From Promethearchaeia archaeon (GTDB lineage: Archaea; Asgardarchaeota; Lokiarchaeia; Sigyniarchaeales; SOKP01), in the NCBI GenBank assembly GCA_046497275.1, contig JAWOFX010000032.1, positions 1-32,000 on the forward strand: DNA of 32,000 nucleotides, read 5' to 3'. Both the position numbers and the translations under genes were made by a program. The notes beneath the pieces are model-generated. The model ran no database searches. It had not been told where the DNA came from and was given only the letters and a program-made list of their open reading frames with translations. Position 1 is the stretch's first letter; each line of letters starts with the position of its first letter. Shown here piece by piece: positions 17,726 to 26,791 of the stretch.

Positions 17726-19084
17726 ATGGAAAACAAAATTTTTGAAATTTATCAAAAATATAAGAAAAATATTTTAGATAAAAATGGAGCTGTAGATAGA
17801 ATAATATCTCTTATTGAAAATATCCAAAAACATAATGAGAGATATGAAGCTTTAAGGGTTCTTGAGAAAATAAACTTAAAAGATGAACACATCTTTCCTT
17901 TTTTAGAAAGTCTTTTTCTCTCTGATTCGAATGAGAAAATAAGAATTATTGCTGCAAAAATTATAAGAAAAGATTACATAGATTTAGCATATAATCCTAT
18001 GAAATGGGCATTAAATCATGAAACCTCTCCCGAATGTTTAAAAGAAATACATGAAACCTTAATGCAAATTTTATCTGAAATCAAAAATGATGATAACATT
18101 GATTATAGAAAATTTTTAATTGAAGAAATAAGTGATATTAAAGATAAAGAATTTAGAGTAGGCTTTGAGATTTTAAAAGAAAATAAAGAAATAGACACAT
18201 TAAAAAAAGATATTTTAATTAAAATTTTAGTAAATTATTATACATTAGTATATTTAGAAAAAGTTTATTGGCGTGTAAAATATTCTCTCAATAATTTAGA
18301 AATTGTTAAATTAGATTTCATTTTCAAGGGATTGAATTCTATTCCAAATGCTTTGAAATATTTAACTTCTATAAGTTCACTTATATTTAGATATAATCAA
18401 ATAACTTCAATTCCGGAATGGATTGGGAGATTAAAGCTCCTTAAAACCCTAAATCTTAATGTTAATGAACTTCATTCTCTCCCCGAATCCATAGGTCAAT
18501 TAAAAGCATTAAAAGAATTTTATTTATGGAAAAATAATCTTGAAAGACTCCCAAATTCACTTGGAGATTTGGAATATTTAGAAATATTAAATTTAAGATT
18601 AAACTATTTAAGTTATCTTCCTTTTTCGATTGGGAAAATGAAATCTTTAAAAGATCTAAATCTCCACGATAATAAATTAACTGCTTTACCTCCCACAATT
18701 GGAAATTTAAATTCTTTACAAAAGCTAAATCTTAGTTGGAATATGTTAAAAGGACTTCCGGAGACGATTGGAAGTCTTTTTTCACTAGAAACACTTGATA
18801 TAGGAAGAAACGAGTTGAAAGTATTACCTGAAACAATCGGTAATCTGAATAAATTAAACACTCTAATTCTGAGCGAAAATCAATTGAAACATCTACCTAA
18901 TAAAATTGTAGAACTTAAAAATCTAAAGCATTTAAATGTAGCTAGAAATCGTTTAGTTTCTCTACCTGAAGGATTAGATTCTATGCCAAAATTGGAAGAA
19001 TTATATATAAGTGAAAATAGTATAGATTCTTTTTCTTCACTTATTACAAAGTTAGAACGTAATGGGGTTAAGATTTTCTTATAA
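17726..19084 (+). CDS. HEAT-repeat plus leucine-rich-repeat protein (paralogue 3)
   Basis: ESLFLSDSNEKIRIIAAK followed by 23-aa LRRs such as LQKLNLSWNMLKGLPETIGSL. Confidence 0.9.
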   Translation: MENKIFEIYQKYKKNILDKNGAVDRIISLIENIQKHNERYEALRVLEKINLKDEHIFPFLESLFLSDSNEKIRIIAAKIIRKDYIDLAYNPMKWALNHETSPECLKEIHETLMQILSEIKNDDNIDYRKFLIEEISDIKDKEFRVGFEILKENKEIDTLKKDILIKILVNYYTLVYLEKVYWRVKYSLNNLEIVKLDFIFKGLNSIPNALKYLTSISSLIFRYNQITSIPEWIGRLKLLKTLNLNVNELHSLPESIGQLKALKEFYLWKNNLERLPNSLGDLEYLEILNLRLNYLSYLPFSIGKMKSLKDLNLHDNKLTALPPTIGNLNSLQKLNLSWNMLKGLPETIGSLFSLETLDIGRNELKVLPETIGNLNKLNTLILSENQLKHLPNKIVELKNLKHLNVARNRLVSLPEGLDSMPKLEELYISENSIDSFSSLITKLERNGVKIFL

Positions 19085-19108
19085 CAATAAATTCGGAATT
19101 ATCGTTTT

Positions 19109-20866
19109 CTATTGTGTTTTATATAATTGTACAATCTCATCTATAGTTGTTACATCTCTTGATCCTTTATCTTCTCTAAATCTTTGGAATACAGGGAATC
19201 TCATAGAATATCCTAAGGATGAAAACTTTTCGCTGATAGTAATCTCATCACCAATTATTTCAATAACTATTTCTGGGCTCAACCAAGTGTCTGGATTATC
19301 TCCACAAATTACATTTTTTGGTTTATTTGATAATTCATATTGTTTAACTTCATCCATAAGATTAGTCATAATCTCATCAGTCCATCCAGAAGCTATTCTT
19401 GTGAATGCTAAAAATTGATCTTTTTTTGGGTCATAGACAGCACCTATGTAGGTTCCATAGACTCCACTTCTCCTTCCCCTTCCAAAAAATGCTCCAACTA
19501 AGACAACATCAATAGTATCTTTTAATTTTCCTCCTTCTATTCCTTTTAATTTGATCCATAAAAACCCTCTATTTCCCGCTTGGTATATAGAATCTTTGTT
19601 AATGGATTTGGCTATAATTCCTTCAGTTCCTTGATCTCGTGCCTCATTAAAAAAGCCTAATAATTCTTCCGTTGAATTAATCAATTTGGATTTAACTAAC
19701 TTTAATTCATCTCGTGGGATAATAATCTCTTCCAATTTTTCCCTTCTTTCTGGAAGAATTTCATTAATATATTCTTTTTCTTCATATTTAAGTAGATCAA
19801 ATATAAATAAACATACTGGGACTTCTTTTATAGTTTCTTCCACATCATATTTTCTCCTACGTTTACTTAATACTTGAAAAGGAAGCATTTTTTCGTAAAA
19901 AACATCCACCGCAACAACCTCACCTTCAATAATAACATTCTCTGCTTTGATATTACTTCTTATGATTTGACAAACATCAGGATACTGTTCAGTTATATCT
20001 AATAATCTTCTGGAAAATAAAGTGATATTATCACCTTGTTTATGAATTTGAAGTCTTTCACCATCTAATTTGTATTCTCCTATGAAGGGGGTCCCTAATT
20101 TTTTAATTATATCTGTATAAGGAACTCGAGAAGCTAACATCATTCTAATAGGAATACCATACGTAATTTTAATCTTCTTTACAGCTTCCAATCCTCTTTC
20201 GGCTAAAATTTTTGTGATATCCCCTAGATCTGGATGTAAATTATAGGAATATTCAATAATATCTCTATTATCTTTCTTTCCGGTAAAACCAAGAGAAAGA
20301 CCGTCGATGATTGTTTGAGTTGATACTCCAACTCGTAATGTAGAAGTAATTATTCTTAAGAGATATTTTGTTTCCAGAGGACTAATCTTACTTATCAATC
20401 CTCTCAAAATACCCAATTTGGTATCATGTGACCCAGATCCTTCTGTAATAGCTATTTTTTTTAGTTCAGAATATAATTCAGATATTTCTAGTGAATGATT
20501 ATCATTATTTTGTTGAGTATGAAAATCAAATAAAGATCTTTGCTTTTTATTTGAAGAGAGTATAGTTTCAGCCGTAAGACCAATATCTCCTTTTTTGATA
20601 AGAATATTTTTAATCTTTTTTGCAGCAATTCCAGAATGAATAGATAAAGCCTCAATAATCATTTTTTCAGCAATTCCCATTTTCGGGAATTGTTTTATAT
20701 TAGACACTAAATGACCTTGTAGAAGATATATAATCTTCTCTAAATCTTGGAAATCTTCGCTTTCCTTCAATCTCTGAAAGAAATTAGCGAGGATATCCGT
20801 CATTTCAAGACGTTTAGTCGTGTTTTCTAAATTATCAAATAGTTGTGCTAGCTGTTTGAACTTCAT
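19109..20866 (-). CDS. lig: ATP-dependent DNA ligase
   Basis: Motif I EYKLDGERLQIH, IIEGEVVA, FIFDLL, TEGIIAK, WIKLK, and the OB-fold motifs GAFFGRGRRSG and MRFPVFQRFREDK. Confidence 0.97.
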   Translation of the reverse strand: MKFKQLAQLFDNLENTTKRLEMTDILANFFQRLKESEDFQDLEKIIYLLQGHLVSNIKQFPKMGIAEKMIIEALSIHSGIAAKKIKNILIKKGDIGLTAETILSSNKKQRSLFDFHTQQNNDNHSLEISELYSELKKIAITEGSGSHDTKLGILRGLISKISPLETKYLLRIITSTLRVGVSTQTIIDGLSLGFTGKKDNRDIIEYSYNLHPDLGDITKILAERGLEAVKKIKITYGIPIRMMLASRVPYTDIIKKLGTPFIGEYKLDGERLQIHKQGDNITLFSRRLLDITEQYPDVCQIIRSNIKAENVIIEGEVVAVDVFYEKMLPFQVLSKRRRKYDVEETIKEVPVCLFIFDLLKYEEKEYINEILPERREKLEEIIIPRDELKLVKSKLINSTEELLGFFNEARDQGTEGIIAKSINKDSIYQAGNRGFLWIKLKGIEGGKLKDTIDVVLVGAFFGRGRRSGVYGTYIGAVYDPKKDQFLAFTRIASGWTDEIMTNLMDEVKQYELSNKPKNVICGDNPDTWLSPEIVIEIIGDEITISEKFSSLGYSMRFPVFQRFREDKGSRDVTTIDEIVQLYKTQ

Positions 20867-20971
20867 ATCTCTCTATTTGAATTTATTAAATAAAACTATA
20901 AAATCTTATCTAAATTTATATGAAATTCCTAAATTCCTTGCTATTAAAATGTAAAAAAAATAATGAATAAA

Positions 20972-21793
20972 TTATTTTAAGAGTTTATTAAGCTCCACAA
21001 ATTTTTTCTGAATTTCTGTTTTAATATTTTTTGAAACTCCTGAGAATGAACTAGAGCTAAATTTTAAATTTCCATCATAAATAGAAAAAGTACATATCGG
21101 TCCATCCATCATTTCAACAGAATATGTTTCATCATCTTTCCTGGATATCCATATATCATCATAATGGTCTAAAATAGATATGAACACAAATGCAACTTTT
21201 GCTTCAGTTGTTAGATCTTGTGTCTTTTCCTTTTCCTCTTCTATTTTAGGTGCGGTTGCAGTTTTGGGAGAAGGTTTTGGTTTAGTTTCTGTTTCTATTT
21301 TTGGTTGGGGCTTTGGTTGAGGGGTAATTTTCGGTTTAGGTTCCGTTTTTAATTCTGGTTTAGGCTCTGGTTTAGTTTCTGGTTTAGGTATTGGTTTCGC
21401 AACGGCGGGTGCTCGTGCTTCCATATCAAAAGTGATTGCAAAATTATTTAACTCCTTATACTCTCTATTCAAAATCGCTTGAAGTTCTTCATTCATTTCC
21501 GTTTCCTCTTGAACTCTTCCCACTTTGCGTGCATCAATCTCTTTTAATTGTTTAACATCTCTGCCGATAATACTTTTCCCAATACTATATCCGTGTCCTT
21601 TAAGAGATTCTGCTTGTCTTAAAGCAGTTCGTCTAGCAACCAATCCCTGTTTTTGACCGTGCCATAGATATATTGACATTGATGATTCATCAAGAATTAT
21701 AACAGATCTATCAGGTTGGAGTTGATCTTTACTCCATTTAATTGGATCGAGAACTCCACCTTCGAGACAATTGAACATTATAGCGTAATCCAT
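20972..21793 (-). CDS. Gelsolin/villin-like single-domain protein with Pro/Lys/Glu-rich linker and C-terminal domain
   Basis: DRSVIILDE..SIYLWHGQKQGLVARRTALRQA resembles the gelsolin-repeat core (FILD...IYVWxG...ER..A...A); PKPETKPEPKP linker follows. Confidence 0.7.
   Translation of the reverse strand: MDYAIMFNCLEGGVLDPIKWSKDQLQPDRSVIILDESSMSIYLWHGQKQGLVARRTALRQAESLKGHGYSIGKSIIGRDVKQLKEIDARKVGRVQEETEMNEELQAILNREYKELNNFAITFDMEARAPAVAKPIPKPETKPEPKPELKTEPKPKITPQPKPQPKIETETKPKPSPKTATAPKIEEEKEKTQDLTTEAKVAFVFISILDHYDDIWISRKDDETYSVEMMDGPICTFSIYDGNLKFSSSSFSGVSKNIKTEIQKKFVELNKLLK
21245..21410 (-). repeat. Low-complexity coding repeat (PKPE/PKPQ-type linker)
   Basis: Encodes AKPIPKPETKPEPKPELKTEPKPKITPQPKPQPKIETETKPKPSPKTATAPK; boundaries approximate. 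Confidence 0.75.
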
Positions 21794-21983
21794 TTTTTAT
21801 TCCTTCTTTACTGTATAATGGTATAAAATTAAATTAAACTTGAAGATATTTATAATTTAAATAAAAATGAACTAATTTAAGTTTTTTTAGCAAGAAAATG
21901 CATAGTAATCAAAAATTTCAAAACTCTTGAATTCTTTAAATACTTTATAAAATTACGTAATCATAAATAAAAGGTTAAATATT

Positions 21984-22973
21984 TTGACTAAATCAGATAA
22001 ACAATTAAAATTAACAATCCCAAAAGGCAGTTTGCAAGATATTGTCACCTCATTTTTTGAACAAGCTGGTCTAAAATTAAGATTTTCTTCAGATAGAGAT
22101 TATAGACCTTCCATCAATGATCCTGAATTATATGTGAAATTATTACGTCCTCAAGAAATTCCAAATTATCTTATAGGTGAGGATGAATTTGATTTAGGAA
22201 TAAGTGGGAAGGATTGGGTAAAGGAAACTAATGCTGATGTTGAAATTATATTAGATTTAGAAATTGGGGACGTAAAGATTGTGTTTTGTGTTCCAAATAC
22301 TTGGGAAGATGTTAAATCCATCGATGATATATTAAAACAACTCTATCGGGAAGATAAATCATTTCGAATCTCTACAGAATATTTAACGCTCTCTTTGAAT
22401 TATTTGAAGAATAATAAAACATATAAAGAATTATATGGAGATAAAATTCCTCTGGTAATCACTCCTTGGAGAACATGGGGGGAGAATGAAAAAGTCAAGA
22501 TATTTTTATCATTTGGCGCCACAGAAGCGAAACCACCAGAAGAAGTGGATGCAATTATTGATAATACACAAACAGGCTCAACTTTGCGGGCGAACAGTCT
22601 GAGAATTGTTGATGTGATAGATACCTCAACCGCTCTCTTAATTGCAAACAAAAATGCTTTAGAGGATGAGTGGAAACATGAGAAAATCAAAGATTTGAAA
22701 GTTTTATTAATGGGAGTTATCGAAGCTTCCAAAAAACTTCATATTTTTATGAATGTGAAAAAACAGAATTTGGAAAAAATCTTATCAAAATTGCCAGCTC
22801 TAAAACGTCCCACAGTCTCAGAATTAGCAGGTGATAAAGATGGATGGTGTGCGATTAATACTATTATCAAAAAAGAGGAGTTTATTAATTTAATTCCTTT
22901 ATTAAGGAAATATGCACAAGGTTTGGTAGTTCATGAGCCAAGACAAATTTTACCATTAGAAAAAATAAAATAG
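21984..22973 (+). CDS. hisG: ATP phosphoribosyltransferase, long form
   Basis: LTIPKGSL, LRPQEIP, DLGISGKDW, SFGATEAKP, DAIIDNTQTGSTLRAN and a C-terminal regulatory domain with PALKRPTVS. TTG start. Confidence 0.95.
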   Translation: MTKSDKQLKLTIPKGSLQDIVTSFFEQAGLKLRFSSDRDYRPSINDPELYVKLLRPQEIPNYLIGEDEFDLGISGKDWVKETNADVEIILDLEIGDVKIVFCVPNTWEDVKSIDDILKQLYREDKSFRISTEYLTLSLNYLKNNKTYKELYGDKIPLVITPWRTWGENEKVKIFLSFGATEAKPPEEVDAIIDNTQTGSTLRANSLRIVDVIDTSTALLIANKNALEDEWKHEKIKDLKVLLMGVIEASKKLHIFMNVKKQNLEKILSKLPALKRPTVSELAGDKDGWCAINTIIKKEEFINLIPLLRKYAQGLVVHEPRQILPLEKIK

Positions 22974-22984
22974 AAATAATGTGA

Positions 22985-24295
22985 ATGGTTTTAATGGCAA
23001 CTATTAGAAAAATAAATTCAAAAGACATAACTAAGGATAATATCCAAGATTTTATAATTAGAAAATCATTAAAACTGAAAGATATTCAATATGATGTTAT
23101 GCAAATTATAAATGAAGTAATCATTAACGGTGATCAAGCTCTTGTTAGATATACAAAACAATTTGATAAAATATCATTAGACAAAGAAAATATAAAGATA
23201 ACGACAAAAGAAATTCAAGAAGCATATGAAAAAATTGATGAAAGCCTTCTGGATGCGCTCAGATTTGCCAAAAAAAATCTAATTAAATTCCATGAAGCTC
23301 AAGTACATGAAGAATGGTTTATTGAGATTGTTGAAGGAGTAAAAGCTGGGCAGATAAAACGCCCTATAGAATCTGTTGGATTATATATACCAGCTGGGAA
23401 AGCTATATATCCGAGCACTGTATTAATGGCAGCAGCACCAGCAAGGGTTGCAGGAGTAAAGGATATAATTCTATGTTCACCACCACAAAACAATGGAACA
23501 ATCGCTCCAGAAATAATTGTAGCTGCAAAAGAATTTGGAATCGAGAAGATGTATAAGGTTGGAGGAGTTCAAGCCATCGCAGCTATGGCATACGGTACAG
23601 AAACAATTCCAAAGGTTTTAAAGGTTGTAGGTCCTGGCAATAAATGGGTAAATGCTGCCAAACAGTTACTCTCAAATGTTATAGCTATAGACAGCCCTGC
23701 GGGACCATCGGAAATTTTAATTATAGCAGACGATTCAGCTAATTATGAATACATTATAGTTGATTTTATCTCTCAACTGGAACATGATCCTGATAATATG
23801 GCTATATTTGTAACTAATTCTGAGGATCTAATGAAAAAAATAACTCAAAATTTGGAATATTTCGTAAAAAACTCCCAAAGGAAAGAAATCATTCAATCGG
23901 CGTTCCAAAATTCTCTATTAATAATCGCAGATGATATGATGGAATGCATTCGAATAAGTAATATTATTGCTCCAGAGCATCTTGAAATTCTCACAGAAAA
24001 TCCTAAAAAAATATTAAATAATATCAATAATGCTGGAGCTATTTTCCTAGGTCCTTATTCACCTGTTCCTTTAGGAGACTATTCTGCGGGAACTAATCAT
24101 ATACTTCCTACGGGAGGATATGCTAAAACCTATTCTGGACTTAATATATTAGATTTCATCAAATTAATGGATGTATTAGAATGTACAAAAAATGGGTTAA
24201 AAAATTTGAGCAGTTCAGCATTAACAATTGCTCAGTTTGAAAATTTATTTGCTCATCGGGAATCTATTAGAAAACGATTGGAAGATAAATCTTAA
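22985..24295 (+). CDS. hisD: Histidinol dehydrogenase
   Basis: GLYIPAGKAIYPSTVLM, GGVQAIAAMAYGT, GPGNKWVNAAK, AGPSEIL, APEHL, GDYSAGTNHILPT. Start may be 22994. Confidence 0.97.
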   Translation: MVLMATIRKINSKDITKDNIQDFIIRKSLKLKDIQYDVMQIINEVIINGDQALVRYTKQFDKISLDKENIKITTKEIQEAYEKIDESLLDALRFAKKNLIKFHEAQVHEEWFIEIVEGVKAGQIKRPIESVGLYIPAGKAIYPSTVLMAAAPARVAGVKDIILCSPPQNNGTIAPEIIVAAKEFGIEKMYKVGGVQAIAAMAYGTETIPKVLKVVGPGNKWVNAAKQLLSNVIAIDSPAGPSEILIIADDSANYEYIIVDFISQLEHDPDNMAIFVTNSEDLMKKITQNLEYFVKNSQRKEIIQSAFQNSLLIIADDMMECIRISNIIAPEHLEILTENPKKILNNINNAGAIFLGPYSPVPLGDYSAGTNHILPTGGYAKTYSGLNILDFIKLMDVLECTKNGLKNLSSSALTIAQFENLFAHRESIRKRLEDKS

Positions 24296-24342
24296 AACGA
24301 TGTTTATTTAATTTTTACTAACTTTTATTATATGATATTGAA

Positions 24343-25419
24343 ATGGATTTACAAAAATTAATTAGAACTCATCTTAAAGATTTTGAAGCATATGAACCCG
24401 GTGAACAACCCAGAAGCGGAGGATGGGTGAAATTAAATACTAATGAAAATCCCTATCCTCCAATACCAGAAATACTAAATGATATTAAAAATGCTGTTGG
24501 TGATAGAATTAAGTTATATCCAGATCCATTAGCTATCGAACTTAGAAAGAAATTTGTTAATTTATATCTAAAAGATTATGATACGGTAGATGATATCGAT
24601 AATATTTTTGTTGGAAATGGAACTGATGATATATTAGAAGTTATCTTTAAATTATTCATTGAACCAGGTGATAATGTTATTTATTTCGATCCCTCCTATG
24701 GAATGTATAAAACTTTAACACAACTTTATGGAGGAAATTGTATTGAGGTTCCATTAGGTAAAAATTTCTCTTTTCCAGATGATGCGTTCAAAGTTAAAGG
24801 AAAATTATTTATAATTAACTCTCCAAACAACCCAACAGGTCAATCATTTAATAATCATTCAATTCAAAAAACTTGTGAATCTTTCCCGGGAATTGTTGTC
24901 GTCGATGAGACATATGCAGACTTTAGCGAAAAAACAGTATTAACCCTATTAAATAATGTAAATAACCTTATACTAACTCGAAGTTTTTCAAAAAGTTTCT
25001 CACTTGCTTCATTAAGAATAGGCTTGGCTATAGCTAATAAAAAACTTATTTCCTTAATGAATCGTGTTAAATTACCTTATAACGTGAATTATTTAGCCCA
25101 AATTGCTGCCATCTCATGTATTGAAAATAAAGAGAAAGTTTTTAGAAATAATGAAAAAATCATTTCTGAGAGAAAAAGACTCAGAAAAATACTAAATAAA
25201 TATCCCAAAATTTCAGTGTTTCCTTCCGATTCCAATTTTGTATTAATTAAATTTGAAGATAAATCATCCGCAATTAAAATTTTTGAAAATTTAAAACAAA
25301 AAAAAATACTAGTCCGTTATTTTGATAAACCTTCGTTAGCTGAATATATTAGAATATCCATTGGAACGAAAGAGCAAAATAATAAATTTTTATGTGAATT
25401 TGAAAACTTTGTTAAATAA
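24343..25419 (+). CDS. hisC: Histidinol-phosphate aminotransferase
   Basis: KLNTNENPYPP, GNGTDDIL, SPNNPTG, VDETY, RSFSKSFSLASLRIG (PLP lysine); directly follows hisG-hisD. Confidence 0.95.
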   Translation: MDLQKLIRTHLKDFEAYEPGEQPRSGGWVKLNTNENPYPPIPEILNDIKNAVGDRIKLYPDPLAIELRKKFVNLYLKDYDTVDDIDNIFVGNGTDDILEVIFKLFIEPGDNVIYFDPSYGMYKTLTQLYGGNCIEVPLGKNFSFPDDAFKVKGKLFIINSPNNPTGQSFNNHSIQKTCESFPGIVVVDETYADFSEKTVLTLLNNVNNLILTRSFSKSFSLASLRIGLAIANKKLISLMNRVKLPYNVNYLAQIAAISCIENKEKVFRNNEKIISERKRLRKILNKYPKISVFPSDSNFVLIKFEDKSSAIKIFENLKQKKILVRYFDKPSLAEYIRISIGTKEQNNKFLCEFENFVK

Positions 25420-25488
25420 AAATTTGTAAAACTTATAAAAAAATATTTATAAAATTCCACTATTATTTTTTTATAGAGAAATTTTTCA

Positions 25489-26664
25489 ATGTTGGAGTTG
25501 TCAAGAATTTCTAATTTATTTTCAAAAGAAAGTACAATTAAATGTCAGAAGTGTGGCTATAAAATAAGTAGACCTTATCCAAAAGATAACCTTTGTCCTA
25601 AGTGTGGTGCATTTGTCCCAGCAATATTTCAGATTAATGAATTAGAAAAAGGACCGGAGCTTAAACCAAAAGAATTTGAAACTAAAACCTCGTCTCTTTC
25701 TACTAAATTAAAAGGAAAGGTAAAGGTAAAGAAATCTAATATAAAGCATAATTTAGAAGGAAAAAAGATTGAGCTAAAAAAAGGCGAATTTGTTAAACTT
25801 TTTGGTATCACATCTGTTGAACGAACCCCTTTATTTTGTAGTAATGATGATTACTTTTATCTTCTTGAATTGACTAATAATTTAGACTTTATTGCTACTG
25901 GCATTTTAGGAGGTGAATTGGATAAGATGTTGCTTATCCCAGAAGCCTTAGAGGGAAAGGAAAAATGTCAATTTTTTACAAAAGATGATCTTATCTTTCT
26001 TGTGTATGGAATGTTTCCAGATAAAAAGGGAAAATGGCTCTTAGAACAAATGGCAAAATATTATATCGAATTAATTGAAGAAAATGACGTTAATAGTTTG
26101 GATAAGTTTGATAAGTATCAAATAAACATGAAATTTGATACTATATTAAAATTTATCCTTGGAGAATATCTAAAGCTTCAAGATGTCTTTTCTGATCAAG
26201 ATATACCTTATGTGGAAGATAAACTCAGAATAGATTATATTGGATTATCATCTCAATCTATCGGAATCATTTCTTCACTCTTAGATGATTCATTAAATAT
26301 AGATTTTCCGGGAGAATTTGAAGACCCGGAAGAATTGAGAGAAATGCAAGAGTCGATGATTACCGCTAGAATCGAAGCTATTGCTGCAAACACTTTAGGT
26401 AATACAGGATCGGTTCCACGATGGATTGCTGTAAAATTAGGATATCAAAATTATCGTTTTCTAACATTTAAAGAATATGATAATGATTATTTTCTATATA
26501 TGCTCTCTGAAGGAAATTTAGAAAAGATTGATCTCGTTGAGAAAAAAATAGAGCCTTATTTGAAAGAAGTAACTAAAAATCCATTTTCTGGAAATTTAAG
26601 ACCCTTTAATGAGTTAAAATCAAAATTACAAGGCTTTTTTGAAAAAAGTAATGAATTTTCTTAA
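25489..26664 (+). CDS. Hypothetical protein: N-terminal zinc ribbon plus two putative longin-like domains
   Basis: CQKCG...CPKCG, a Lys-rich linker, then two segments whose residue patterns suggest beta-beta-alpha-beta-beta-beta-alpha-alpha order. ORF is solid; fold call is by eye. Confidence 0.6.
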   Translation: MLELSRISNLFSKESTIKCQKCGYKISRPYPKDNLCPKCGAFVPAIFQINELEKGPELKPKEFETKTSSLSTKLKGKVKVKKSNIKHNLEGKKIELKKGEFVKLFGITSVERTPLFCSNDDYFYLLELTNNLDFIATGILGGELDKMLLIPEALEGKEKCQFFTKDDLIFLVYGMFPDKKGKWLLEQMAKYYIELIEENDVNSLDKFDKYQINMKFDTILKFILGEYLKLQDVFSDQDIPYVEDKLRIDYIGLSSQSIGIISSLLDDSLNIDFPGEFEDPEELREMQESMITARIEAIAANTLGNTGSVPRWIAVKLGYQNYRFLTFKEYDNDYFLYMLSEGNLEKIDLVEKKIEPYLKEVTKNPFSGNLRPFNELKSKLQGFFEKSNEFS

Positions 26665-26791
26665 AAAAATTATAGAAAATTATCTGTTTATTTCTTTTCC
26701 TTCTTATTCATATTTATAAAATCTATAACCAAATTATAAATACTATATAATTTTAATTTCATAATAACATCTAAATGAATATGGGATAAAT

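Noticed and set aside
14646-19084. LRR periodicity as a CRISPR array or DNA tandem repeat
   Set aside because: The periodicity is at protein level (23 aa) with diverged codons; no identical direct repeats with spacers.
14208-19877. Short track ORFs 14208-14492, 14410-14640, 14699-14911, 15824-16096, 18462-18698, 18613-18861 (all -), 19062-19418 and 19686-19877 (+)
   Set aside because: Antisense shadows of the maturase, LRR and ligase genes.
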